From Octopus bimaculoides (Eukaryota): a stretch of 64,000 nucleotides of DNA. A program made the translations under genes and the position numbers. Shown one piece after another: positions 12,373 to 23,730 of this stretch. The DNA is taken from positions 46,224,698 through 46,288,697 of the forward strand of contig NC_068997.1 in the NCBI RefSeq assembly GCF_001194135.2. Reading direction: 5' to 3'. The notes under the pieces were generated by a model. That model ran no database searches. It had not been told where the DNA came from and saw only the letters and a program-made list of their open reading frames with translations. The first letter of the stretch is position 1. Every line of letters begins with the position of its first letter.

Positions 12373-12595
12373 CAGGGTGGTGCAAAAGTCTGGACCCATA
12401 GAGAACTTACAAAAAAGTATTTCTTATCTTTAACATGATTTTGATCATATAATCATCATATCTAATTTTATCTTTCTGTCTTTCAGATTGGTAGCCATAG
12501 CAGAAAAGCTACCAATTTCAGAGACAGTAGAACTTGTAAACCATAGATTGTTATATAATAAATTGCCTATGGGTCCAAACTTTTGTACCATCCTG
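12373..12595. mobile_element. Tc1/mariner-type MITE
   Basis: cagggtggtgcaaaagtctggacccatag ... ctatgggtccaaacttttgtaccatcctg|ta, about 29-bp imperfect TIRs. Confidence 0.8.
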
Positions 12596-15036
12596 TATAT
12601 CCATATCCATATATATATATTGGTTTCAAACTTTGCCACAAGGGTAGCAATTTGGGGGGGGGGGATGAGTCGATTACACCAACTGGTACTTACTTTACTG
12701 ACTCCAAAAGGAGACAAAAGTCGACCTTGGCAGAATTTGAACTCAGAACGTGCAGACAGATGAAATGCTGCTAAACATTTTGCCCACCATGATAATGATT
12801 CTGCCTGCTTACCACCAGCTTTCCTCTGCTTCATATGACTTATGCTTTTGTGGGCTTAAAAGATGAATCAATCTCATCAGATATTTAGATATCTATTGAG
12901 ATGGGTTTAGTTTACAAGCCCACAAAACTTCAAGTCATATGGAACCAAGTTAAACTGTCATTAAAAAATATATGCAACTCTTACTGAATGTAAAATGCAT
13001 TGGGTGCTATTTTCTGTCATTTGTTCACTCACTCATGTGTGTATGTATGTGTGTGTGTGTGTGTGTAGGTACTGTCATTGAAATTAAGTAGTGAGAGCCA
13101 GGTAGGAATGTATCTACAGCCTTAGGTTAATGACTTAACTATCTTATTATCATTATACAAATAGTAATTCATGAGAGTATGTATATATATATACATACAC
13201 ATATGAAGCTGCATATGTATATATATATATATGTGTATACACGCACACACACATTTGTTTCTATGTATGTATACAAGTTAATATAAACAATACAGGCTTA
13301 TCAGTGAGTTTTACCTCATAATTGAGCAAGTGTAAACCAATTACAAAACATTGTTGCATAACCTGACACACAGAAACACACACCCACAAACATAAATTGA
13401 AAAGACAGTATATAAATTAACAAGTATTCAATCAACATAATCATCGTTATCATCATTGCTACTGTCATCAACGAATATTAGGTCAAGTTTAAAAAGTGAT
13501 TGCAATGTGTGTGTATGTATGTCTGTGACTACATATGTAGCCATTTACACAAAATATGTTTTTTAAAAAAAAAATCATCAATATTAGCTTCAACAATTTA
13601 TAATTTCAACATTTACTTATGTAATTTTTCCTAAACATAGGCGAAGGAGTGGCTGTGTGGTAAGTAGCTTGCTTACTAACCACATGGTTCCGGGTTCAGT
13701 CCCATGCGTGGCATCTTGGGCAAGTGTCTTCTACTATAGCCTCGGGCCGACCAAAGCTTTGTGAGTGGATTTGCTAGACGGAAACTGAAAGAAGCCCGTC
13801 GTATATATGTATATATATATATGTGTGTGTGTGTGTCTGTGTTTGTCCCCCTAGCATTGCTTGACAACCGATGCTGGTGTGTTTATGTCCCCGTCACTTA
13901 GCGGTTTGGCAAAGGAGACCGATAGAATAAGTACTAGGCTTACATATATATGTATATNNNNNNNNNNNNNNNNNNNNNNNNNNNNNNNNNNNNNNNNNNN
14001 NNNNNNNNNNNNNNNNNNNNNNNNNNNNNNNNNNNNNNNNNNNNNNNNNNNNNNNNNNNNNNNNNNNNNNNNNNNNNNNNNNNNNNNNNNNNNNNNNNNN
14101 NNNNNNNNNNNNNNNNNNNNNNNNNNNNNNNNNNNNNNNNNNNNNNNNNNNNNNNNNNNNNNNNNNNNNNNNNNNNNNNNNNNNNNNNNNNNNNNNNNNN
14201 NNNNNNNNNNNNNNNNNNNNNNNNNNNNNNNNNNNNNNNNNNNNNNNNNNNNNNNNNNNNNNNNNNNNNNNNNNNNNNNNNNNNNNNNNNNNNNNNNNNN
14301 NNNNNNNNNNNNNNNNNNNNNNNNNNNNNNNNNNNNNNNNNNNNNNNNNNNNNNNNNNNNNNNNNNNNNNNNNNNNNNNNNNNNNNNNNNNNNNNNNNNN
14401 NNNNNNNNNNNNNNNNNNNNNNNNNNNNNNNNNNNNNNNNNNNNNNNNNNNNNNNNNNNNNNNNNNNNNNNNNNNNNNNNNNNNNNNNNNNNNNNNNNNN
14501 NNNNNNNNNNNNNNNNNNNNNNNNNNNNNNNNNNNNNNNNNNNNNNNNNNNNNNNNNNNNNNNNNNNNNNNNNNNNNNNNNNNNNNNNNNNNNNNNNNNN
14601 NNNNNNNNNNNNNNNNNNNNNNNNNNNNNNNNNNNNNNNNNNNNNNNNNNNNNNNNNNNNNNNNNNNNNNNNNAAAAATTAAAATTAATAAATTGTTATT
14701 ATATTGAGATTTGAAATATAAAAACAAACAGTCTGTGAAGATTGTGCACATGATTTGTGAATATGAAACTTTGAAGTGTGTGTGTGTGTATTATTTTGAA
14801 ATATACTCAGCATACATGAACACACATGTGCACATACATACACACACAAACACAAATTACATGCATGATAATAAGAATAGTTGGCAAGATCACTCCATAT
14901 ATAAACGATTCTACGTAAGTCCAACATGAAGAAAAAAAGGCACTTCAATAATATTAACAACAATAATGATAACAATAACAATAATAGTAATAAAAAAGTA
15001 AATAATAATAATAAAGTGAATAATAATAATAATAAT

Positions 15037-16215
15037 TGTTTGAATTTAGGCACAAGGCCATCAATTTTGATAGAGGAGGAATGGTAATTGATACCATCTA
15101 CCCCCAGTACTTGACTAGTACTTGATATTATTAACCATGAAAGGACGAAAGGTAAAGTTGACCTCAGTGGAATCTGAACTCAAAACATAAAGACCCGGAG
15201 CTGAGTACCTTTTGTCCGACGCTCTGTCGATTCTGCCAATCTACTGCCCTATTAATAATTATAATAACAATAATCTTTTCTACTATAAGCACAAAGCCTA
15301 AAATTTGAAGGGAGAGGGATAGTTGATTACATCAATCCCAGTGCTCAACCGGTCAATTGATCCTTATTTTATTGACCCCAAAAGGATGAAAGGCAAAGTT
15401 GACCTCAGGAGGATTTGAACTCAGAACAGAAAGAGATGGAAGAAATACAGCAAAGTATTTTTCTCCAATGATTCTGCTGGCATGCTGCCATAATAATAAT
15501 TATTATAATCCCTTCTTCTAAAGGCACATGGCCTGAAATTTGTGGGGAAGGGAGAAGTCAATTACATTGACCCCAGTGTTTCACTGGTAATTAATTTATC
15601 AACCCTGAAAGGATAAAAGGCAAAGATGACCTCAGCAGAATTTGAACTCAGAACATGAAGAGGGATGAAATACTGCTAAGCATTTTACCCCATATGCTAA
15701 TGATTCTGTCAGCTCACCACCTTCATAATAACAACATCAACAATAATCCTTTCTGCTATAGACACAAGACCTGAAATTTTTGAGGAGGAGACCAGTGAAT
15801 TACATTTAACCCCAGTGCCTAACTGGGACTTAATTTATCAACTCCAAAAGGATGAAAGGCAATGTCGACCCTGGAGGAATTTGAACTTAGAACGAATTGG
15901 CAGACAAAATACAACAATAATAATAATAATGGTTTCAAACTTTGGTACAAAGCCATAAATTTCGGAGGAGGGGTAAGTCGATTACATCAGTGCTCAACTG
16001 ATACTTATTTTACTGCCCCCCCCCCAAAGGATGAAAGGCAAAGTTGACCTTGGCAGGATTTGAACTCAGAACATGAAGAACATAATGCTTTATAATTTAG
16101 GCACAAGGCCAGCAATTTTGTGGGAAGGCAATAAGTTGATAGCATCAACTCCAGCACATGCCTGGTACTTTATTGTATCAACCCCCAGAAGGATGAAAGC
16201 AAAAAAGTGGACCTT
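15037..16215 (-). mobile_element. Head-to-tail array of about six family B SINEs separated by (AAT)n
   Basis: Each unit carries ggcacaaggcc...accccag...aaaggatgaaaggcaaagttgacctc...gaatttgaactcagaac. Dispersed copies at ~4632-4850, 12603-12820, 17965-18510 (x3), 34340-34560, 34970-35180, 37205-37420, 37797-38010, 40600-40810, 58105-58255. Confidence 0.85.
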
Positions 16216-16764
16216 GGAAAGAGGGGGGAGGAAGAAGAAGAGGAGGAGGATAATTTTAATTTGGCAATGACCATGCCTCAGACACACACCAATAGCAATG
16301 GTAATCTGTGCTAAGCAACAAAAATTAAGTTTTTAAGGATTTTGTTTTGTGTTTGAGATCACTTACTTTACAGTATATACTGTCTTATTGTGTATAGTGT
16401 GTCCTAAATAGGATAACAAATGCAATTTAAAGAGATTTACCTTCCTATTTTTCTGTTGTGTGACTTGGTAGAGGTTCACACCAGTATTTACTATAAATAT
16501 CACATCAGTTCACCAGATACCATCCGATATCATCTGATATGATCTGGTTTCCAATTTGATTTTTGAAAACAGGAGTTTGATATTAATTAATTGAAAAGGA
16601 ATTAATTGTTTTTTTTACTGTAATCACAGGATGAAAAAAATTTATTATTTTTGAGACAGTCATTAGATTATGTTGATATCCAGATGAACTATATAATATA
16701 ACGAACTTATTGTATAGAGTGCTCAGGTGCACTATATACGTATAGGTCTAGGATGTACACCAGT

Positions 16765-16770
16765 TTTATT
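16765..16770 (-). terminator. Candidate MTRR polyadenylation signal AATAAA
   Basis: tttatt on the + strand, about 175 nt past the stop codon. Other AATAAA hexamers lie further on, so the assignment is uncertain. Confidence 0.35.
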
Positions 16771-16943
16771 CTGACTAGATGGTTGTCAGGTGTAAATTAA
16801 TATTCAGGTATCTGCTAGCTGTAATCTGTATTTGGATGCCCATCAGATGAAGTCCACATCCAAATGCTCACAAGATAAAGAGTATTTTGAGATGTTTGCC
16901 AAATGAAATTCAAATCCCTATGTTGGTCTACTCCAGACGATGT

Positions 16944-17023
16944 TTATGTCCAAATGTCTTCTAGATATCGTTTGTCTAACCGAAGTTTCATCAGAATTTT
17001 GTTAGCCTCTTCAGGTGATACAC
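16944..17023 (-). CDS. MTRR: MTRR last coding exon
   Basis: tttag|GT VSPEEANKILMKLRLDKRYLEDIWT*. Human ends RYLQDIWS. The 13 exons sum to 2247 nt, i.e. 748 aa plus stop, with all phases consistent. Confidence 0.95.
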
Positions 17024-17272
17024 CTAAAAATAAACACAAAACAAATTATGAACAATTGTTAGTGTACTGTAGATATTTAAAAGAGGCTGTACTCTAACAC
17101 TGTGATAAAATAAATTTGAATATAGAGTAGTTTTTTATAAATATCAAAGAAAATGTGAAAAAAAATTTGGATTAGCTACATACTGATGCTTCAATTTAAT
17201 AATTTCATACGATAATAATTTCATACGATAAAGTCACTCTTTCAAAAAGTAGAACTTCTCTATAACACTTAC

Positions 17273-17508
17273 CTTTCTCAGAAGCCAAAATGGATGTGAA
17301 GGCTGCACAAACATCTTTAGCCATGTTCTTTGCATCACCACACACATAAACGATGGCATCCTTGTCTAACAAGTCAACAAGCTCCTTGCTGTTACGTTGG
17401 AGGTTATCTTGAACATATCTTGGTGATTCTTCAGGTTGTTCATCGCGAGAGAAACTCACAAAGAATTTGGAGAGGCATCCCTGCTCAAGAAACTTCTCAA
17501 TTTCATCC
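17273..17508 (-). CDS. MTRR: MTRR coding exon 12
   Basis: ttacag|G DEIEKFLEQGCLSKFFVSFSRDEQPEESPRYVQDNL...VYVCGDAKNMAKDV...SEK G|gtaagt. Confidence 0.96.
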
Positions 17509-17742
17509 CTGTAAAATCGATCAGTAAAGACGAAAAGAATAAACAAAAATGAGCAAAATGAGATGTCATTTATTTTTTACTTGTTTCAATTATTGGACTG
17601 TGGCCATATTGAGACACCACCTTGAAAAGTTTAATTGGACAATTCAACCCCAGTACCTATTTTTAAGTCTGGTACTAATTCTATTGGTCTCTTTTGCTGA
17701 ACCACAGGATGTAAAAGTAAAGGAAATACACAAGAAACTTAC

Positions 17743-17945
17743 TGATAAAGGAAGTCCTTTTTCTGGTGCCGACAGCCATAGAACAACCAGGCGTCACTAA
17801 GAGGTTGAGTCTTTGATAAATGGTGACGGTGCTGCAAAAAGCCTATGAATGGAGCAATGCCAGTCCCTGGACCAATCATAATTAGTGGAGTCTTGGAATC
17901 CGATGGTAAATGAAAGCGTTGATTGGTTCTTGTGAAGAAAGATAT
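17743..17945 (-). CDS. MTRR: MTRR coding exon 11 (NADPH domain)
   Basis: tag|ISFFTRTNQRFHLPSDSKTPLIMIGPGTGIAPFIGFLQHR...AWLFYGCRHQKKDFLY CA|gtaagt. Confidence 0.96.
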
Positions 17946-18784
17946 CTATAATAATAATAATAATAATGGTCTCAAATTTTGGTACATGGCCTGCAATTTT
18001 GGGAGAGGGGGGATAGTCAATTACATCAACCCCAGTGTTTAACTGGTATTTATTTTGTCAATTCCGAAAGGATGAAAGGCAAAGCTGACCCTGGCAGAAT
18101 TTGAACTCAGAATGTAAAGATGGATGAAATGCTGCTAAGCATTTTGCCCCTGGAGTGCTAATGATTCTGCCAGCCTGCTGCCTTAATAATATTAAACCTT
18201 TCTATTGTCTACTGTAGGCACAAGGCCTGAAACTTGGGGGTGAGGGATTAAGTTGATTACATCGACCCCCAGTGTGTAACTGGTACTTATTTAATTGACT
18301 CTGAAAGGACGAAAGGCAAAGTCGACCTCGGTGGAATTTGATCTCAGAACAATCCTTCCAGCTTGTTGCCTTAGAAACAAACAAACAGCAGCAGCAGCAA
18401 TTCTTTCTATCAGAGGCACAAGGCCTGAAATATTTGCGGAAGGGGATAGTCGGTTACATCAACCTCAGTATTCAAATGGTACTAATTTTATCAACCCTGA
18501 GAGGATAAAAGGTAATCTTTTCTCCCCAGAGTTCCTACAACTTTGTGGTATTTTCGCATTGTACATTTTTACCAACAGATATAAGCTGCATAAGCAGTCG
18601 TTAAAATGATGATGTACGACCATTTTTGTAGACAGTAGGATATGATTTGTGGAGCTAGCTGTTACTTCTAGTAGATCATATGTCTATGTGGGGACTCTCT
18701 TGTTGGGTTTCTATGCATGTGTGTGTTGGAGGGAGAGGCATTTTCAATGGTATATTAAGGGAGATCAATAAAGTTTATACTTAC

Positions 18785-18989
18785 AATTGGTTTCTCAGCT
18801 AAAGACAGAGAACTTAGAGAGACTGGTAGATCTTTCTGATCTGTCTTTGAGTCAGACTGTAGACTGAGAGTAAGCTGCTCGAGCCAGCCAGTGCAGACAC
18901 CCTGGCGGTGGTAGCGTCGACCCCGCCCAGCGGGAATCTGAACGACATTGAAGACAATGTGTAGTTTGTTCTTATCGGTTTCCTGGGAA
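18785..18989 (-). CDS. MTRR: MTRR coding exon 10
   Basis: cacag|T SQETDKNKLHIVFNVVQIPAGRGRRYHRQGVCTGWLEQL...LAEKPI|gtaagt. GVCTGWL motif. Confidence 0.93.
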
Positions 18990-19169
18990 CTGTGAATCAA
19001 CAGAAACAGAAATGAGATGGAAGGGAGACATGGCAGAGTAGGAGGAAGAGAGGGAAGAAGCAGAGTGGAAGGAAGAGTGTCAGGAGAAATACTGAGAGAA
19101 ACAGGTAAGAGATCAAAGAAGAAAATGGGAGAAAGAAAAAATAAAGGAGCGGGGGAGGAATGACAATGT

Positions 19170-19370
19170 ATTTGTCACCACTTCTCTTGTATTCACCTTC
19201 CTGTGATGTGAGGGTACATTCTGGTGCATCTTTACCACCATCTTCTCTTTTTACTAACAGGGGCAACCATGCATTTCCCCTACAGCAAGCCGTATGTTCC
19301 TATCCTTCTATCATACACATCACCCAGCATAAAGCCACCTCATTCAATGTCATCCTCTCTACTCAGGTGA
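19170..19370 (-). mobile_element. RTE LINE C-terminal scrap abutting the exon-8 duplicate
   Basis: Reverse strand resembles the RW(M)LGV..DR....VAP...KRRW portion of RTE ORF2. Heavily decayed. Confidence 0.45.
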
Positions 19371-19381
19371 AGGATCTTGTT

Positions 19382-19525
19382 TTGCAAAAACTGTGCAGCA
19401 AAGAAGGAATGGCTGAATACACCATTTACATCTGAGGAACCAGGTCTCTCTCTCCTAGACATCTTGCTTAACTTCTCATCTGTTATGCCACCATTTGAAT
19501 GAATTTTAGGTAACTTCATCTCATT
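19382..19525 (+). pseudogene. Inverted, decayed partial duplicate of MTRR exon 8 plus its 5' splice site
   Basis: Hand alignment to the reverse complement of ~21229-21370 gives about 16 differences in ~143 nt, including two CGA>TGA stops and a 1-nt insertion. Includes ttttag|gtaacttcat. Confidence 0.92.
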
Positions 19526-19554
19526 TTCTCTTTAACCCCAGCCTCCCATTAGTT

Positions 19555-20075
19555 TAACTCTCTACATTCAGATTACTCTGTCAATTATAATGCTTATTTA
19601 TTCGCATAGTTTTGAATTAATCATGCATGATCTCATAGTTTTGATATTTCGACGATGTGAGGACTTTCGAGCGAGATCGTTGCCAGTGCCCCTGGACTGG
19701 CTCTTGTGCGGGTGGCACATAAAACACACCATTTTGAGCGTGGCCGTTGCCAGTACCGCCTGACTGGCCTTCGTGCCGGTAGCACGTAAAAGCACCCACT
19801 ACACTCTCTGAGTGGTTGGCGTTAGGAAGGGCATCCAGCTGTAGAAACTGCCAAATCAGATTGGAGCCTGGTGTAGCCATCTGGTTTTACCAGTCCTCAG
19901 TCAAATCGTCCATGGAAAGCGGATGTTAAACGACGACAACGATGATAATGATGTGATCGTCAATTTTTAGAATGACATTGTAAGGTAGGTGTGAGAGGGC
20001 TGATCTGGTTAGTTTGAAAATAAAACAAGTTGAATATTTGGGTCTTATATGACTGGTTTGAATGCTAAAAAGTTA
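19555..20075 (+). mobile_element. piggyBac-like MITE interrupted by a family C SINE (~19655-19950, minus)
   Basis: The two MITE halves match the intact copy at 33261-33483. The insert carries the ccatggaaagcggatgttaaacgacgac end typical of family C. Confidence 0.75.
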
Positions 20076-20159
20076 AGGGACATGTGTTGTGAGCAAACAG
20101 TGAAGAGGAAGTGAGGAAGAGACACAGCGTCACTGGCTTTCTCTCTCACACATACACAC

Positions 20160-20202
20160 CTTGCGACAGAATAAGGCCTTGGCTGCAATCTGGGAAGAAG
20201 TT
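20160..20202 (-). CDS. MTRR: MTRR coding exon 9 (43-nt exon, FAD-binding RxYS motif)
   Basis: ttgtag|AA LLPRLQPRPYSVA AG|gtgtgt. Phases 1 to 2 fit both neighbours. Confidence 0.93.
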
Positions 20203-21243
20203 CTACAATAGTGAAGAAAGAAGGAGGATATATATTAGGACAGAGAATATCTATTTAGACTATATTTTATATTTATATTTTAAATGCAGTCATGAGAAAA
20301 ACAATACCAAATATTTTAATAAGAGAATGAGTTAAAATTTATAGTTTACATATTTTTTACAAGTGTGTGTGTGTGTGATATTAGCAAATGTGTAGGTACA
20401 CATGTAGGTCTATGAATGGTAGATAGATAGATAGATAGATTGTTGGCACTCCGTCGCTTACGACATCGAGGGTTCCAGTTGATCCGATCAACGGAACAGC
20501 CTGCTCGTGAAATTAACGTGCAAGTGGCTGAGCACTCCACAGACACGTGTACCCTCAACGTAGTTCTCGGGGATATTCAGCGTGACACAGTGTGACAAGG
20601 CTGACCCTTTGAATTACCGGCACAACAGAAACAGGAAGTAAGAGTGAGAGGAAGTTGTGAAAGAGTACAGCAGGGTTCGCCACCATCCCCTGCCGGAGCC
20701 TCATGGAGCTTTTAGGTGTTTTTACTCAATAAACACTCACNNNNNNNNNNNNNNNNNNNNNNNNNNNNNNNNNNNNNNNNNNNNNNNNNNNNNNNNNNNN
20801 NNNNNNNNNNNNNNNNNNNNNNNNNNNNNNNNNNNNNNNNNNNNNNNNNNNNNNNNNNNNNNNNNNNNNNNNNNNNNNNNNNNNNNNNNNNNNNNNNNNN
20901 NNNNNNNNNNNNNNNNNNNNNNNNNNNNNNNNNNNNNNNNNNNNNNNNNNNNNNNNNNNNNNNNNNNNNNNNNNNNNNNNNNNNNNNNNNNNNNNNNNNN
21001 NNNNNNNNNNNNNNNNNNNNNNNNNNNNNNNNNNNNNNNNNNNNNNNNNNNNNNNNNNNNNNNNNNNNNNNNNNNNNNNNNNNNNNNNNNNNNNNNNNNN
21101 NNNNNNNNNNNNNNNNNNNNNNNNNNNNNNNNNNNNNNNNNNNNNNNNNNNNNNNNNNNNNNNNNNATATATATATATATATATATAGACAGTGAGAGAA
21201 AGTGCATGTAAAATGTAGTTAAATAATAATGCAATGAAGTTAC

Positions 21244-21424
21244 CTAAAATTCGTTCAAATGGTGGCATAACAGATGGGAAGTTGAGTAAGATGTCCAGTA
21301 GAGAGAGACCTGGTTCTCGGATGTAAGTGGTGTATTCACTCATTCCTTCCTTGCTGCACAGTTCCTGCAGTCGTCGCTTCTCCTGCTCATCACTTGCATA
21401 GTCAACGAGCATCCGCAACAAAGC
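21244..21424 (-). CDS. MTRR: MTRR coding exon 8
   Basis: gcag|ALLRMLVDYASDEQEKRRLQELCSKEGMSEYTTYIREPGLSLLDILLNFPSVMPPFERIL G|gtaact. EKRRLQELCSK is identical to human. Confidence 0.95.
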
Positions 21425-21494
21425 CTGCAGTTTAAGAGGCAAACATGAAAAACTGTCGTTGCTTGTGTAACATGCATGCAATATCTTCACACAA

Positions 21495-21760
21495 CACCCT
21501 TTTTGGTACCACCACCACCACTACGCCACTATCACCACCACCGCCGCCGCCGCCACCACCACCATTCCTATCACAGTCATTATTGCCACCGCCGCCACAA
21601 CCACCACCAGCATCCCCACTATCACAGCGATTGTGACCACACCTATTGCTGCCACGGCTGTCACGTCACCATGACTACTTCTACTACCACAACCGCCAAC
21701 AGCACCATTACGTAACATCAACTCCACAAACAGTATATCCACGACCACCACTGCACAACA
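21495..21760. repeat. (CCA/CCG/ACC)n low-complexity tract in MTRR intron 7
   Basis: Directly visible trinucleotide repeats. Confidence 0.85.
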
Positions 21761-21805
21761 TCTCACACGTTTGTCACAAGAACCTTCAAACAATGGAAAC
21801 ATTAC

Positions 21806-21962
21806 CTTCTTAGGAGGCTCCCTGATGTCTAGGCAATGAGTGAGGGCATATCTGATGGTGCACTTTGGAGGAAGGTAATTGGGGCAGGAAGCTTTCTTCT
21901 TTGTTGTATTTGGAGAGACAGACAAACTGAAGAAGGCGTCTCCTGCATTCTCCAAGTCGAGC
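21806..21962 (-). CDS. MTRR: MTRR coding exon 7
   Basis: ccag|G LDLENAGDAFFSLSVSPNTTKKKASCPNYLPPKCTIRYALTHCLDIREPPKK|gtaat. Confidence 0.92.
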
Positions 21963-22805
21963 CTGGAACATAATACCAAAGGATTAAAGCAAAACAAAGG
22001 TTATGGGAATGTGAGAGGATTATTTTAAGTACAGCAATAGCAAAGACATATTTAAGACATCAGCAGAGAAAAATATTAATGATGATGATAATAATAAAAA
22101 AACTGCTCTGTTGGGGACAGTGAGGATTTTGAGATTGGTACTGTGGTGTCGAGTATCTCCAGCAATATTTAACCTCTAGGTACCGTGTCTTATAATTCAT
22201 GGAAAGAGACCCTGAGAAACCTTGTGAGATCTTTAGTGAGAACTTGTGACAACAGGTTACTGTCCTGTTGCTCTCACGGAATTAACTGGAGCAAGTCAGA
22301 TCGAGAGCTCTGAGAAGTAAAATAAAATAATTACTCTACTCTTTTACTTGTTTCAGTCATTTGACTGCGGCCATGCTGGAGCACCACCTTTAGTTGAGCA
22401 AATCGACCCCGGGACTTATTCTTTGTAAGCCTAGTACTTATTCTATCGGTCTCTTTTGCCGAACTGCTTAGTGACGGGGACATAAACACACAAGCATCGG
22501 TTGTCAAGCAATGCTAGGGAGACAAACACATACACACACATATATATAAAGGGGTGACAGGAGAGGTCAGCAGAATGCCACATGGACACAGGATGTGGTT
22601 TGATGAACCTCAGTTGGGTTGCCCTGAGAAAGTGGGGGTATAATGCAAAACACAAAATACTCTGGGGCCCTAAGATACAATACTAATGAAGTGTCCAAGT
22701 ATTTGCATGTGTAGATGTATGAAATCTGAAATAGGGTCCAAACACTGACCATATTGATACACATGATTAGCGAAAGGAGTGAAGTTTGATGGTTGACAGA
22801 CTGAC

Positions 22806-22894
22806 CTTTGGATTAAATGGTTGACCTCTCTTTCATTGTTCGGACAGATCACTGAAATTGAATCTCCTGGCTGGTAAGCAACAGTCTCAGTGTC
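22806..22894 (-). CDS. MTRR: MTRR coding exon 6
   Basis: ctccag|DTETVAYQPGDSISVICPNNEREVNHLIQ AG|gtcagt. YQPGD...CPN motif of the FAD domain. Confidence 0.93.
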
Positions 22895-23212
22895 CTGGAG
22901 AAATGAAATATAGAAAAGTTTCTGTCATTTTTATACAAAAGAAAAGAGGGATGGATGGAGTGAGAATGGAAAAAAAGAGAATGCTGTAGGACAAGAGAGA
23001 GAAAGTGGGGAGGGAGAGAGAAGACAGAGAAATCAAAACAGAAAGAGTGATACAGATAAAGAAAAAGAGATACAAAGAGTAAGAGAGAGAGAGAGAAAGA
23101 AAGAAAGGTGAAAGAACAAAAGAGAGAAAAACTTAAACACTTAAACTTAAATAGAAATCAAGCAGAAAATTGAAATGCGAAGAATTTTGAATGATTGGGA
23201 TGGTTTATTTAC

Positions 23213-23356
23213 CTCAAAGAAAAGTTCAAGATCTAGTGTGGTCTTTACAGCACCAGGATGTGTAAGGCAGGAACACTTCAGGACAGTGGCAGTCTGGACA
23301 GAAGATGCCATACTAGGAAAACTGGCTCCATTTTGGACTGCTGAGTTGTACAGATC
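23213..23356 (-). CDS. MTRR: MTRR coding exon 5 (not in the ORF track)
   Basis: taacag|DLYNSAVQNGASFPSMASSVQTATVLKCSCLTHPGAVKTTLDLELFFE|gtaaat. Corresponds to human [21 protein letters not shown]. 144 nt, phase 0 to 0. Confidence 0.9.
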
Positions 23357-23451
23357 CTGTTATACAGAAAGATTTGTAGAGATAAACATGCGTTCTTGTA
23401 CAATTCCATAATTTTGAGATGAAGAATTTGTATCATGTATATTGTTTATAA

Positions 23452-23730
23452 TATTCGGACCGGTGGCTTCATCTTCATTGCTGCTTTCACTATGTTTTAG
23501 CTGTTGTACACTCCAGCCATCTTCAGGTGTCTTGTGTTGAACTCAATTTAGTTATTGGAATTTCGAACCAATCCTTATATTTGATCCCGTGAATCAAATA
23601 AAGGGTTAGATTTGAAATTCCAATTCAAGAAATGAGTTCAACTCAAGACACCTGAAGAACGCTGGAGCATACAACAGCTGAAACAGTGAAACAACAACCA
23701 TGATGAGGCCACCAGTCCGACTACTATTAA
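23452..23730. mobile_element. Palindromic Penelope-pLTR-like element
   Basis: Arms cttcaggtgtcttgtgttgaactc and gagttcaactcaagacacctgaag. Each arm has CTGAAGA-x-(G/C)GCTG-loop-CAGCT-(G/A)AAAC. Confidence 0.65.

Noticed and set aside
11686-12438. Long YIYI/CVCV ORFs here and N-spanning ORFs at 8081-8404, 13861-14751, 20657-21234, 43569-44609, 45650-46415
   Set aside because: Artefacts of dinucleotide microsatellites and assembly gaps.
15037-16215. Regularly spaced repeats as a CRISPR-like or satellite array
   Set aside because: Units are ~200-bp copies of a dispersed SINE in eukaryotic DNA, with no unique spacers or cas genes.
21445-21760. Pro/His/Thr-rich ORFs on both strands
   Set aside because: Trinucleotide low-complexity tract inside MTRR intron 7, which has canonical GT-AG ends.
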